Part shown: positions 51,423 to 63,471 of the stretch, in pieces
Numbering within the stretch: position 1 is the stretch's first letter
How the letters are laid out: every line of letters starts with the position of its first letter
Origin: Microthyrium microscopicum
Taxonomy: Eukaryota
NCBI GenBank assembly: GCA_010405405.1
Contig: MU004231.1
Location: 1,495,784-1,559,783 of the forward strand
Direction of reading: 5' to 3'
Length of the DNA: 64,000 bases
Program-made: the position numbers and the translations under genes
Notes under the pieces: model-generated
Databases searched by the model: none
Told to the model about the DNA's origin: nothing
Seen by the model: only the letters and a program-made list of their open reading frames with translations

Positions 51423-53015
51423 TTATCGTCGCCCTTTGCCCGAACCTCCACCTTGGCCCATGAGACCCCCTAAACCACCAAGGCCTGCTTGCCCGGCCAT
51501 CTTAGCGATGGAAGCCAAATCGGGCATTCCACCTCCTCCCATGCCTGGGAAGCCGCCACCACCGCCTTGAAACATTTTCATCATCTGCTGCATATCTGCA
51601 CCGCCAGGAAGACCTGAACCACCCATAGCTTGCATACGTTTTTGCATAGCTTCCATTTGTTGGCGAGAGTTCTTTCCTTGCATGGCGCCTTGGTTGCGCT
51701 GCATGTTTGCCAGATCACCTTTCATTCGCTTGGCCATCTTTGCCATCATCCGATGTTGAGTTAACGTGTCTTCGACCTCACGTACTGAAGTCCCGGAGCC
51801 GCGAGCAACACGGGTCATCCGAGTTGGCTGATCGATGAATAATTTGCCATCCGAGTCGAGTTCCTTTTCAGTCATGGCATCGCAGATGAAAATCATGCGC
51901 TTGAGTTTGGCTGTTCCTTCTTCATCCTCCATCCCACCCATCATGTTTGAAAGTCCGGGAATCATAGACGCCACCTTTGAAAGAGGACCCATCTTCATGA
52001 TGTTTGACAGCTGATCTCGAAGATCTCGAATAGTCCAGACGCCTTCTGCAAGATGTTGCATTGTTCCTTGGTGATCGAGCTTCAAGGATTGGACGTGTTC
52101 TACAAGACCAGCCATATCTCCCATACCCAAAAGTTTGCTGATGAAAGGTTGAGGTGCAAAGCGTTCTAGATCAAGCATATGTTCACCAGTTCCGATAAAT
52201 ACGATGGGGGTATGTGTTGCAGCAACGGCGGAAATAGCACCACCACCAGAGGCAGCACCATCTGTCTTTGTGATAATGATGGCACCGAAATGAGCTGCAT
52301 CTTTAAATGCTCGAGCTTGAGATTCGGCAGATTGACCAATAGAGGCATCCAGAACCATGATAGTCTCATCTGGCTCCACGGCATTTTGGATTTGTACCAT
52401 TTCATCGAATAAATCCTGTTCTTGACGATGCCGACCAGAGGTATCGACAATAATTATATCAAATCGCTCCTTTTTGAATTTCTCCACACCTTCTCGGGCC
52501 ACTTGGACGGGATCGGTCTGTGTGAGTGAGCCGTAGTATGGGATTTTGGCCTTGGTAGCATTTTGTTTTAGCTGATCGAAAGCACCAGCACGAAAGGTAT
52601 CAGCGCAGACCAGACAACTGCGAAATCCTCGAGCATTATACCAGCGCGCCAATTTGGTACATGTGGTTGTCTTTCCGGCACCTTGTAGACCAACAAACAT
52701 GATGACATTCGGCCGACCTTTCTTCGGCTTGAACGGTTCGGCGTGTGGATCAACGAGCTTCACTAGCTCGTCGAAGACAGCCTTTTGTATTAATCGCTTC
52801 TTGTTCGTCCCTGAGGCCATGTCTTCAAAATTGACCGTTTTCTTGATTGATTTCCGGAGGTTGGAGACCAGTTTGATGTTGACGTCGGCTTCCATGAGGG
52901 CATTACATATTTCTTTGACCATGACCTCGAAGGCCTTTTCGTCCAAGGAGCTGCCCGGCCGTGTGAGATCATTGACGGCGGCATTGATGCGCCGCCCGAG
53001 ATCGAGAAGAACCAT
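51423..53015 (-). CDS. SRP54: Signal recognition particle 54 kDa GTPase subunit
   Basis: [14 protein letters not shown]-terminus, [27 protein letters not shown] and a Met-rich M domain. Intronless 530 aa. Confidence 0.98.
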   Translation of the reverse strand: MVLLDLGRRINAAVNDLTRPGSSLDEKAFEVMVKEICNALMEADVNIKLVSNLRKSIKKTVNFEDMASGTNKKRLIQKAVFDELVKLVDPHAEPFKPKKGRPNVIMFVGLQGAGKTTTCTKLARWYNARGFRSCLVCADTFRAGAFDQLKQNATKAKIPYYGSLTQTDPVQVAREGVEKFKKERFDIIIVDTSGRHRQEQDLFDEMVQIQNAVEPDETIMVLDASIGQSAESQARAFKDAAHFGAIIITKTDGAASGGGAISAVAATHTPIVFIGTGEHMLDLERFAPQPFISKLLGMGDMAGLVEHVQSLKLDHQGTMQHLAEGVWTIRDLRDQLSNIMKMGPLSKVASMIPGLSNMMGGMEDEEGTAKLKRMIFICDAMTEKELDSDGKLFIDQPTRMTRVARGSGTSVREVEDTLTQHRMMAKMAKRMKGDLANMQRNQGAMQGKNSRQQMEAMQKRMQAMGGSGLPGGADMQQMMKMFQGGGGGFPGMGGGGMPDLASIAKMAGQAGLGGLGGLMGQGGGSGKGRR

Positions 53016-53382
53016 AGCTGCGGATAGTGGGTAAATATGCGGGAAAGACGGTAGAAACTCAGAATCGAGTGAGTAGAGGGCAGACGAGGGATGATCGTGT
53101 TTGATATATCGATGTGTCCACTGGATCCTAGGTTAACGATGGATTTGGAGGAGTTGTCGGGTTTTTGTGTGAAATTATTGGAAGGTGGTGACTATCGTGG
53201 CGTACTTTCCCCATCGCCAGGCGCACCTGCGAAATGAGGGGCAAAGGGGTTATGAGACAAATCGATGGGGCGATAAGATACTAGCGCATTTTCTATGCTT
53301 TTTTATTCAATATTTGAAATTTCCGAATCCTGAGACCTCGAATCACCGATCATACCAGTTTCCAAAAATACGTTCATACACA

Positions 53383-54180
53383 ATGGCCCCCCAAGGCACC
53401 AAGAGACAATTCTCCTCCTCGTCCAAGAAAGCCGGACTCCCTGTCAAACGCCGCAAATTCAAGCGTCAGACCGACTATCACAGTTCCAGCGACGAGTCCG
53501 ATCAAGAAATCACCGTGATCCCATCTGGCGCAAATGCTGTCCAGGCCCAACCTACAATCCAAGCTGGAGATGACGAGGACGGCACCGACGATGAGGTCAT
53601 AGAAGAAGACGATGATGAAGTCCAAATGGCAGACACCACTTCAGAAGACGAATTCGCATCTGGCGACAGCGAATCCGACTCCGAAGATGAACAGCAAGTA
53701 ACAGGCCCACGCAAAAAGCGCAATGATCCAACCGCCTTCGCAACCTCCATGTCCAAAATCCTCAACTCCAAATTAACGACCGCCAAACGTGCCGACCCTG
53801 TCTTATCTCGAAGCAAAGATGCCTCTGCAGCTGCCAAAGAGCTCGGCGACTCGCGACTGGAAGCCAAAGCAAAACAAAAGCTTCGAGATGAGAAGAGAGC
53901 CAAATTAGACAATGGGCGCGTCAAGGATGTGATGGGCTTGGATAGCACTAATATCTCCACCGAGGATATATTGGCTAGGGAGAAGAGATTGAAGAAGCTG
54001 GCACAGAAGGGCGTGATACGCCTTTTCAATGCTGTGCTCGCAGCACAGTTGAAGGGCCAAGAAGCTGCGCATGGTTCAAGTAGAGAAGGCGTTGTAGGAA
54101 TCGATAAGAGGGAACAAAAAGTTAATGAGATGAGCAAGCAGGGTTTTTTGGATCTCATCGCAAGTGGAGGGAAGAAATAA
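53383..54180 (+). CDS. RRP15: Ribosomal RNA-processing protein Rrp15
   Basis: ATG at 53383 with a basic then acidic N-terminus. Motifs AFATSMSKIL..RADPVLSRS, EKRLKKLAQKGVIRLFNAV and EMSKQGFLDLI. Confidence 0.9.
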   Translation: MAPQGTKRQFSSSSKKAGLPVKRRKFKRQTDYHSSSDESDQEITVIPSGANAVQAQPTIQAGDDEDGTDDEVIEEDDDEVQMADTTSEDEFASGDSESDSEDEQQVTGPRKKRNDPTAFATSMSKILNSKLTTAKRADPVLSRSKDASAAAKELGDSRLEAKAKQKLRDEKRAKLDNGRVKDVMGLDSTNISTEDILAREKRLKKLAQKGVIRLFNAVLAAQLKGQEAAHGSSREGVVGIDKREQKVNEMSKQGFLDLIASGGKK

Positions 54181-54242
54181 TGTTGCTTTTAGGCTTGTCT
54201 TGTCACAGATTTGCGGTTGATGAATGATACCCTACTTACAGT

Positions 54243-55162
54243 CTATTCTACATTTTCGATCATTGATTCGATGGACACTGTGTCTGGATCCAGAAGCCCA
54301 GCTTTTCCCAGTATCGATATGGTCTTTTCAATATCCTCTTTGCCTGGTATTATTGTATCGGCCTCGAATTGAACTGTTTTCAGCCACTCTCTAGCATCCT
54401 CTGCTGAGTAGTCAAGATTTGTACTGATGTATTCGACTGCTTCTTCGTTGTTCTCGTTGAAATGTTTTATGCCTTGGTTAAGCTTCTTGAGCAAATCGCC
54501 AACGCGAGCGTCCTTTGGATCCGCAGCGACTATTTTCCAACTCGCCCATGGAGTGTATATTTCTCCAATCCTCTTGATATCGCCATTATCCCAGTACCGC
54601 TTCGACGTGAAATGCTCCCACATGAACGAATCTGCCGTGCCATCGTTGACGCCCTTGCGTAGCTTCTCAAACGTCTGAAGCTCGACAAACTCAAACGGAC
54701 TTTTGCCTGGGCTGGAATCTCGCAGCCATCCCTTACCATCGGCTAACACAAAAGGCATGACATATGACCCACTGCCAATTCGAGACACGCCTATCTTGCC
54801 GCCTTTCAAAGAGTCAACAGTGACATCTCGCTTGACACCTGTGCTGATGGCCCAGCAAAGCGGTGTCTTGACGTATGAGCCTACGATCTTGTACTTGGCT
54901 TCTTCTTTGAACTTCGCGAGACCATTGACCCAGCCTTCGGTTAGACCGATGCCGACATCAATATCTGATGCTTGAAGAGATTGGATCATGTGGCCGGTTC
55001 CGGAAGGGAAGGAGACTAATTCTGCTTCAAGGCCATGATATTTTTCTGCAAAGTGGATTGGGGTTGAGAAGTGTTCTGTCGAGTTTAGTTTGGTGTTTTC
55101 TTCGTATGTGGATAGTCTTAGCACTAGCCTGGTACATAGCCTATACGAAGTCGTTGTGACAT
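54243..55162 (-). CDS. NMT1/THI5-like periplasmic-binding-fold (PBP2, Ca3427-like) protein
   Basis: MSQRLRIGYVP|EHFSTP is reconstructed through a GC-AG intron at 55076-55128. Motifs PSGTGHM, GLTEGWV, GVSRIGSGSYVM and FMWEHFTSK. Confidence 0.85.
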
Positions 55163-56225
55163 GGTGTTTGTCGTTGAGGATGGCCGTTTCAAGATTGGAG
55201 TCGCTGAAATGAATCTAGGCGCGATTCGCAATGACATGATGGTGGGTGTATGATGGATGGAATGACGATGGAAGTGGAGTAGTTGGCATTAGAGCTTTAC
55301 AAAGTGTAATAAATTGCGAACCCTGTGAAGTCGCGATTGCGCGCTCGTTAACAGAACTTGTTGTGAATATTCGAGTACTTTTTTCCACATTGATCCATTG
55401 ATCCAATGAAGGAATTAAGTCATTATTAATGATTTAGTGAATCTGCATTAAAATATATTGAGTGCAAAAGCAAGAGGTATCCTCGGTTTTGCTAATCAAG
55501 TCAAACCCTCAGTTAACTTACCGTACCGCATCGTCTCGCTCGTCTCGCTCGCACACAAAATATCAGTCCATAAAAAGATAGAAAATCCAGTTCCACATCA
55601 AGATACTGAGGTAGAGTAGATCAAATGTCCTTCATCGTTGCTTCTCAAAACTACCTGTTATGACAGGAGGTGGTGCCTTCCTACGTAGGTAACGAATTGT
55701 TTTTAAGGCTGCTTAAATGGAGAAGTAACAGCAGAGGCAAACAGTTGAGGTACCTAGAGTACCTCATCATGTTGGTCGAGATTTAGTGGAGTTGAATATT
55801 CGCATGTCCACTTCTGAGGATGATACGGAGTTTCTTATTTTCATTCCAAGATTCCCAAGCTCCGAGCCCAACTCGTGATGGAAAAAGAGGCGGTGCAAGT
55901 GATGCCGATCGTAGCCAACGGAGGTCCGATCATTACCGGTAGTGGTGGTGCAGTTGGTCGCAGTTCTCAGAGTTGAATCAGCCTTGTCTCGCCTTCCCAT
56001 GATTGCTTCCAACAACATGGCATAATTGTCGTCAATGTTGCGGGCGGAAGGCGGTGCACACCTAAAGATTGGGATCTGCTTCCAGAACTACATAAAAGCC
56101 ATGGAAGTCTTGGTCGACGACGACAAGCCCAGTACGCGACATGGCTCTTTTACCGTCCTGAGCCATGAAGTATAGTTAATGCTGAACACCTTCCTGCCTA
56201 CTAACCACGTCATCCAGCCTTTATA

Positions 56226-57413
56226 ATGACTTCATCAATAGAAATATCTCTTTTCAATCCTAAGCTTACATACACCGCTGGCGATGTTCTCCGCGGACAA
56301 GTTATCCTTCAAGCAAGACAAGATGAAAACATTGGATCCGTCGCCATCACATTCTATGGCCGCAGCAAGACAAAGCTTGTACGTAGTAATGGCGAGAACA
56401 GGACAGTCTTCCGCGGACGCGCGGGCCTGTTTTCGTTCACAAAGACCCTCTACAGTGGCGGCCACTACACAGTAAGAGCTGACGAATACAAATGGGATTT
56501 CGAGTTCACAATTCCATCCTCAAATGATATGTCTTGCCATGGCGACAAGTTTAAATCACGAGGCGGTTTTCGACCCAGTACTGAGCAGCACCCGCTACCT
56601 CCATCATTCCATCGTTATGGCTACGATGCGCGCAATCAGGGCATGGTCGAATATAAACTTGCAGCAGTGATGGTTCGACATACCAAAGTCTCGAAGCTCG
56701 AGTCCGCATTGGATATCCCATATCTTCCACCCGATCCCGTCCCTAAGCCAGACTTGGGCCTTATCAGCAGCGAGCAGCACTATCAAGCACGAACCCTAAA
56801 GCTCCTGCCGGACAAACAGAAATTGACCTTCAGGGAGAAACTACACACCTTCTTTGGCGGCGACGTTCCTCACGCAACCTTTCGCATACGCCTTATATAT
56901 CCTACCGTGACATGGACAGGTCGGGCGTTACCATTCCAGCTAGCCATCGTAGCGATGGACACATCTCAGGACATACCTGAATACCCAGTTGTACTTCTAA
57001 CCGGAATGACCGTCAAGATTAGGACCCGAATCCTTTTCCGTGCAAGCTCATGGAGGATTGAAACAAACGGGCAATTGAATGAAGAGCATACTCTGCAGAA
57101 TGTCAGCCACATGCTCGGCCCCATCCCCTACGCCAAAATCGACAAAACCGAACCTGGACAGCCAACTGGCACCGGACGCATAATTGGACTGCCCGAGCCT
57201 GGCAAGTACCTGGATCTGAGCCAGTTCCGTAGTGGTGGCTTTCGTACGCCAAACATGACTCCAAGCTTCCGCACAATGAACATCGTGGTCATGCATCATA
57301 TGAAGGTCAAACTACAATTCAACTGCGCTGGCAAGAAGTTTTCAATGGAGCATGTTGACAGCTTGTTGGTGCACTCGCCGCCGACAGGTCCAATGCCAGT
57401 CGCACAGGTATGA
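56226..57413 (+). CDS. Arrestin-like (Arrestin_N) domain protein
   Basis: YTAGDVLRGQVIL..ITFYGRSKT..WDFEFTIP..LPPSF..VEYKLAA pattern typical of fungal alpha-arrestin N domains. 395-aa ORF with a probable upstream intron ending at 56218. Confidence 0.8.
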   Translation: MTSSIEISLFNPKLTYTAGDVLRGQVILQARQDENIGSVAITFYGRSKTKLVRSNGENRTVFRGRAGLFSFTKTLYSGGHYTVRADEYKWDFEFTIPSSNDMSCHGDKFKSRGGFRPSTEQHPLPPSFHRYGYDARNQGMVEYKLAAVMVRHTKVSKLESALDIPYLPPDPVPKPDLGLISSEQHYQARTLKLLPDKQKLTFREKLHTFFGGDVPHATFRIRLIYPTVTWTGRALPFQLAIVAMDTSQDIPEYPVVLLTGMTVKIRTRILFRASSWRIETNGQLNEEHTLQNVSHMLGPIPYAKIDKTEPGQPTGTGRIIGLPEPGKYLDLSQFRSGGFRTPNMTPSFRTMNIVVMHHMKVKLQFNCAGKKFSMEHVDSLLVHSPPTGPMPVAQV

Positions 57414-58082
57414 TTCTACATTTCAGAAACCATTTCTTCAAAATGCCCGACAATGGAAAACAGCTTGTGGTCTCCACCGCAATCTATGCGGGCCATAGAT
57501 TGTCCTGATGGTCGACCAAGAAAAGACACAATGACATCTCGGCGCAATTTGGAACAAGTCCACTAATGATGTTTAGACAGCAGCAGCAACGGCGACGCAT
57601 TCGCAAGGCAATCCACCAGAATTGCCGGTGTACAGCCAAGATGTACCCAAAGGGACAAAAATCTTGGAAGTAAGTTGTCCTTCGTATGATACTGGCAGAA
57701 CAAAATGCATGCTCCCATCAGCGGCCATGGCTATCATCGGCCCTGATGAATAGAAGCTGTTGTGCTTTCTATCGTATTCGATGAAGCAGCCAGAGATATG
57801 AGGCCCTCTGTGGCAAACAGAGCAATCGATAGGAGCATGCCACTTATCGTGCCCACCCAACTCCATTGATAACATGCACTAAGATATTACAGGCTGGAGC
57901 ACCGGCAGCTCCACCGCAGTATGCAGCAGGCTCCTCAAGTGGCGGAAACCCAAAGTCCTAGCCAGAGTTCTCAGGTGTTGACAAGAAGAAGGACGACTCA
58001 GAACCTCAGTAACCCAATCATCCTTTAGAGTGAATCCCCTAGGCGTTGCATTACTTTAGTCTTTAGAAAGAAATATCAATTA

Positions 58083-59582
58083 CTATGACACCACGTCCGT
58101 AATGAAACCAAAGCTCTCAAAGAACTTTGGATCTGATAAATCTTCAAAAGCGGCGGAAAAGTCTTTGGCAGGAGCATGAAACGCAATGCCGTCCCTTTGG
58201 ACCCACTTGATCCCCATGAAAGACTCAATAGCAGTCAAATCAGCACCCAGTTTACCCAAGAGTGCCTTCCTCAGTTTCTCGTTCCAAGCCGACCGTGAGG
58301 CATATTCCGGATGCTCTAGTAGGCGATGCAGGCATTCTGTTCGCAAAAAGAACGGGTCCAGGCCGGTTTCGTTGATAATCTGCCACGCGTGCTGAACCTG
58401 GCCAGCATCCAAAAACATTTGAGTGAACCAACGATCACCGCGAGTTTTCCAGTCTTTGTATCCCGTGAGGGGTTTATTGCCTAACTGCTCCAAAATAGAA
58501 TTGGACCGACGCAAATCACTATCTCTCCAGAGCAGCCATTCATACCATAACTGATCGAAGGCTCCACACCTCGAGAGAATTTGCGACCAGGCCGTAACAA
58601 ACTGCCAGTCATCTCGGTTGATGAAGGCGCCAAGATGACACTCGTGGCCAGGAACATCGTCAGGAAACCCGAGTAGAACTTTCAGGAGATCAGCTCGACT
58701 CCATCTACCATTTCTGATTTCGCCCCAGCCACGGCGGCCAATGCTGCATTTTGCAATTACGGCACGAAATGTTTTATGACTGATCGGCAGGTTCCGATCA
58801 CGATATTCCCGCAAGAACCGATATACAGCGGAAACGTTTCGAGAGCGAATTGCAAATCTCAGACCATGAGAGAAAAGGTGGGGCTGTATGGGCATCCCTT
58901 CCCTGTCAAGTCGTTTGATGATGACATGGAGTTTTGCTGCAATTGTGGCATCAGAGGCAGTATGGCGGCTGCGGAAGAATGCCCGACAAAGTCGCTCACT
59001 GCTTTTTGCCAGCAATGCAGTGCTCATGGGGTTAGTCAAAGCTGCAGCCACAACACGGAATATATCCACTGTCGTCATACAGCGGTCCAGCTGGTTGGCG
59101 AGGGTTCTTTTCATTATTTTGAGGCTCTGGGCTTCACGGTAGACTTGAGAAGATATGGCAATTGTCTGTGCTTCCACCGTGGTGGCCAGATGTTCTGCTA
59201 TCATTTTATGGTACTCTGAGATAGATATTGTCTCTGTCGATAACACGGCAGAGTTGGAAAATGTAATCTGGTGGTCGTTGATGCCATCGTGAGAAGGGTT
59301 CGACGCTACAGTGGTGATTGCGGGGATGAGTCGTAAATTGTTCGTCCTGGTAATGAACTGTCTGTGCTTCAGGTGGAACGCGATGGACGGTCTGCACCCA
59401 CCGGTGGCTTCAGAAGAAGCATCGGGTAATTGAAGCTCTACCTGAGCCGTAGGAGTATATGTATCGTAAGCAGGAATTCTGGCAAGGTCTCCACTCCCTC
59501 GTCGTTGGGTGGATGAATGAAGGCGCTGAGAGGACCCGCAGTATCTGTGAGCTAAATATACTGGCCGGAAGCTGCAGGTCAT
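58083..59582 (-). CDS. Hypothetical protein, possibly mitochondrial
   Basis: Long intronless ORF. The likely start MTCSFRPVYLAHRY at 59582 is Arg/Ser-rich and presequence-like, though an upstream ATG at 59753 is possible. Helical-looking C-terminal half. Confidence 0.7.
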   Translation of the reverse strand: MTCSFRPVYLAHRYCGSSQRLHSSTQRRGSGDLARIPAYDTYTPTAQVELQLPDASSEATGGCRPSIAFHLKHRQFITRTNNLRLIPAITTVASNPSHDGINDHQITFSNSAVLSTETISISEYHKMIAEHLATTVEAQTIAISSQVYREAQSLKIMKRTLANQLDRCMTTVDIFRVVAAALTNPMSTALLAKSSERLCRAFFRSRHTASDATIAAKLHVIIKRLDREGMPIQPHLFSHGLRFAIRSRNVSAVYRFLREYRDRNLPISHKTFRAVIAKCSIGRRGWGEIRNGRWSRADLLKVLLGFPDDVPGHECHLGAFINRDDWQFVTAWSQILSRCGAFDQLWYEWLLWRDSDLRRSNSILEQLGNKPLTGYKDWKTRGDRWFTQMFLDAGQVQHAWQIINETGLDPFFLRTECLHRLLEHPEYASRSAWNEKLRKALLGKLGADLTAIESFMGIKWVQRDGIAFHAPAKDFSAAFEDLSDPKFFESFGFITDVVS

Positions 59583-61277
59583 TGCAGCTCCCGCAAAGAA
59601 CTTTTGATAAAATACAGAGACATATGCGAGAGCAAGAATCGTATGTATGGTAAAGAAGTGATGATGAGAAGAGGTTGGCTGGAGATAGAATTTAGTGCAA
59701 ACACCAATTGTGGTGTAAAGCTCGGACATTAACTGCCTCATTTCATTACACATGCGCTCGTCGTATTTATTTTGCTCAGATTTTATTGAATGTGCTTTAC
59801 TATAATAGAAGAAGTTGACGCTTCTATGAACTTAAGCTTGTTTAATCATTCTCGGATGCGAACTGTACTCTGTGTGTCACACTGGATACAGAGTTGAGCC
59901 TGGAAAATTGATCTCGAGGTATCTCTGGACTCTGAAGGTTTGATGGCTGGAAGTAAATGCTTGGCTGAGGCTATTATATGCAAGCGGCGCCGAACGAGCT
60001 ATTGGGAAAATACACTTGGAGATACATCTTACTTAATGCTTTCAGAGACTGCTGCTCACTGCCAGACAGTTTGATGCAAACTTTAGTTAAACGAACAAGA
60101 GCTACGAGAACACTTTGACCATCAATTCGCTTGAACATATGAGTGATATGCGTAAATATACCACCAAACCGGCGCCGCCAGCTTGTGGAAAAGACGTGCA
60201 ATCACCAGTGATGAACAGCTTTTTACGTCTATAGGTTATCTAGAGTATTCGCTAGATTTACAGTTTTCAATCTGCCTACACTTCTTCGAGCCAGAGTCTA
60301 CCGTCTGGATTCTTCTCCTGCGTTCTAGCTTGAGACATGTATTCGGATGATGGTGCTTTTGAAAGCCTTCTAAGGTGTCACTTCCGAAATTTGTTAAGCT
60401 CTACCCGGAGCTCCGTGGATAAATTTGATGTCTCTGGATGGAAACGAGGTCTGATCAGAAGGAAGTCCATCGATCCAAGCTAGAATTGCGATATTAATGC
60501 CTTTAGACCGTACATTCGCTTACTGAAGGGGCCAGATTCTGTTAGTGACTTGTCAAAACGGCCGTGATAGGAGGACTGAATGTGAGGTTATCTTTGCCAC
60601 CTTGAGATAGAAGATCAAAGTTTAGAATACCCAGGTAGCTTGAGTTTTATGCAGTGTCGATCATACAGAAACTGGTCTAGTTCTCCGTTTTCGAATAACT
60701 TCAAACGGTGATTATATCGACAATCCGCATACCATGCATATACTCCAGGCTTCGAGGCATCGCAAATGTACAGGTCTCTTATCAATGAGAACAATATGAA
60801 AGTCAGCATGATCTTCAGCGGCATCTGGAGCAGTCGGCTCCTTCAGTTGATCTTCCAGTTCTGGCGCTGCTGAAAGTGGGAGATATTCCAAGGCCGTCGC
60901 AAGTCCCGACATCTATTTTGTATATGATTTTATAAGTGGATGTCTAGAACACTGCTTTGCCGATCTTCCTTGCACTGTCTCTGTTGAGGAATGTCCTAGA
61001 CCGTGTATGCTTCTCTACATGTGTAGGAAAGACTCGCTGTAATACATCACCTGGCCAGGAGCTTCCTGCTCCTTCGCATGATCATCACCTCGTCCATGCT
61101 GACCACGATTTGATCCAAATGATATGCTTGTCCGCCTCCCACGGCTATCAATATAGGCTTCGAGGTTCGATTGAAGTGGCTTTGCAGGTAGTGTAAGCAA
61201 AATGGCAGATGGTGTAAATCGATTCTCGAGAAGCATGAATTGCGCCATAGAAGACATTGACATGGATATTCATTGTA

Positions 61278-61492
61278 CCTCTGCCTTGCATTCTCTCCTT
61301 TCAGGGCGCAAGATCACTTTTCTTTTTCTTTTGCTAAATTCTGCTACTCTGATTGGTTGCAGCGGTATATCACGTGATTCTGTCTCGCCAAGAGCTCGAA
61401 AGCCCTAATGCTTAACCAATGAGAGTGGTGCATTGAGTCAATTTCAATAAAAATATTCTTGCGCTTTGAAAGGACAGAATGCAAGGCAGAGG
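61278..61492. mobile_element. TA-flanked foldback MITE (~215 bp), older Tc1/mariner-type
   Basis: Arm CCTCTGCCTTGCATTCTCTCCTTTCAGGGCGCAAGA matches the reverse complement of TCTTGCGCTTTGAAAGGACAGAATGCAAGGCAGAGG with few mismatches. Weaker similarity extends to ~80 bp, and TA flanks both sides. Confidence 0.8.
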
Positions 61493-63073
61493 TACTATAA
61501 CGACTGGGCGAGAAATAAATTTGATTTAGCTTAGGTTGTCTCGACCTGCGCTCAACCTCATATCGTTGCAATCGTAAAAGGACGAATAGACGTACATGAA
61601 GAGGCTCTCTTCTTTGTCTCTTACTGCCCCACTTCATGCTGAAGGGGAAGGTTCAGCACAGACTTGCGAAGTCACAAAAAGAAAAAGAGTGGAAAGATCT
61701 GACCCAGTTTCCTGGGTGGCAGTCTTAATTCTCGAGTCTCGACAGTTATATCGGTCTACACTCTACAGTGATGCTGGCGGTTGCCAACAATAAAGCAAAA
61801 GGGTCTTGCCATGTGTTCTTGCTGGATTGACTTGGAGAATCCAAGACCATGGATGAACGACTTCTGTGCAGTGTAGATCACTTGAAGTTTCAAAGCAGCT
61901 ATACAGGCTTGACAGGTACTAGTTGGTATCTGTTGCTACCTTAGTAGTAGTAGTTGAGCTTACTTGCGAAGTTACGACTCTGTACTTGTATTGGACCCTT
62001 GATTGACATGGAGATGCCCCGGACCCTGAAGGATCAAACCGTGAAACAATTCCCAGGCCACGTTTGCCTATCCACACCTTTGGTTTATTGAAGCTTGAGC
62101 ACTGTTCAGTCTGAGGTCTAATTTCCGGTCCGTGAGGCATTATTTCGCGTAGTCAGATCTTAGCTTCCCCACCCTTTGGAGTCTTGATCCTACAGAGTCA
62201 CCGCCAGCCTCATAAATTGTGGTCGCGTGTCGCCATGTCCGACTCTCTCCGACCTCATCTCTACCTTGGCGTCTATACTCTATACCAATGACAATTGGTA
62301 TTACGCGCTCAAGATCTAAGATGAGATTGTTCCTCACTGCTGTACACTGCAGACTTGCCAGATTTCTTGAGATAGAAAAATCACATGGTTTGTATCCAAG
62401 GTGACTGGAGCTGTACACAGTTGAGCTGTCAGCAAGGAAGCAGGCATTGAGTTTTGTCCAATGTCCCTCGAAGGTTCTTTGACTAATTGGATTTACAACG
62501 AGATATGCACACACGCGACAAGGCGGCCATCTCCAACCTCGCGGCTCCTTGCCAAGCCGATAAGCTCAACAGTCAACACTATGGGCAGGGACGACACTGG
62601 ACCCTTGATTGTCCTGTTAGCTGCCCTTACTACCGTACTTCCAGTTACAATGCTCAATGCTCCATGTCTATTGCCTACAGAGAGTGGATGCTCGCGGTAG
62701 TCCGGCAGTGATTCGCAGCCTTGCTCGTTTACAGCTTGATCCTTCCTGCCCGCTTTGTGTGCCCGCGGCCCGTATAAAAGCCACACGATGGAGTTTGACG
62801 AAGCTGATGAATGCAAGTGGTTCGCTGCTGTTGAATTGCTGTACATGTAGGTACAGGGCTGAAAGCTCATATCTCCAAAGCCTAAAGGTACTCTATTCAC
62901 AATTTCACACGGCCAGACCCTGCATACCGTGCGGTAAACCATAAACCAAGCATGTGCCAGCGTGGGGCGACGGCTGCTAGACCCAACCTAATTCCCTCCG
63001 ATGCATCTTGATTGGCCAATACGGAGGGAGTCGGACAGGCATTCAAACTACTCCATGCTGCACCTCCATATTC

Positions 63074-63357
63074 CTTATCTCTAACTTCTGTCAGAATCAC
63101 TCTTGACCCTACAGCGACATTTTTCTACGGCGTCTGGGCCCATGCACAACTCCACACTCTTATCTTGTGCCTTTTGTTTGACCAACAGCTTTTGTTATAT
63201 TCCTCACTCACCACACGCTTGCTGCTCAAAATGGGTTCTCGCCAACTAAAAGAAGAAAAACTGTTTGGCGAACGCCCACACTGGGCCGCCCACTTTGTCC
63301 CAAGACCAGTGAAAGTTTTGATAACAAAAGATCTAGATCAGATGCATGTATGATAAG
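63074..63357. promoter_or_regulatory. Cluster of HGATAA sites (putative AreA/NIT2/Gat1 sites) upstream of DUR3
   Basis: CTTATC at 63074 and 63159, TGATAA at 63319 and TGATAAG at 63351, all within ~400 bp of the DUR3 ATG. Confidence 0.5.
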
Positions 63358-63471
63358 CCACCGACTTCGCTAGAGAAGATATATCAAGGGTAGCCTCGTC
63401 CATCTTTGGCTCTGTACGTTTGCTGTTCCGAGCATCGACAGGATTCAAATCATCCTCGCACATAGTTCAAT

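Noticed and set aside
57573..57875. 100-aa minus-strand ORF between the arrestin-like gene and the 58-59.6 kb gene
   Set aside because: No recognisable features. Lies in a convergent 3' region and is probably spurious.
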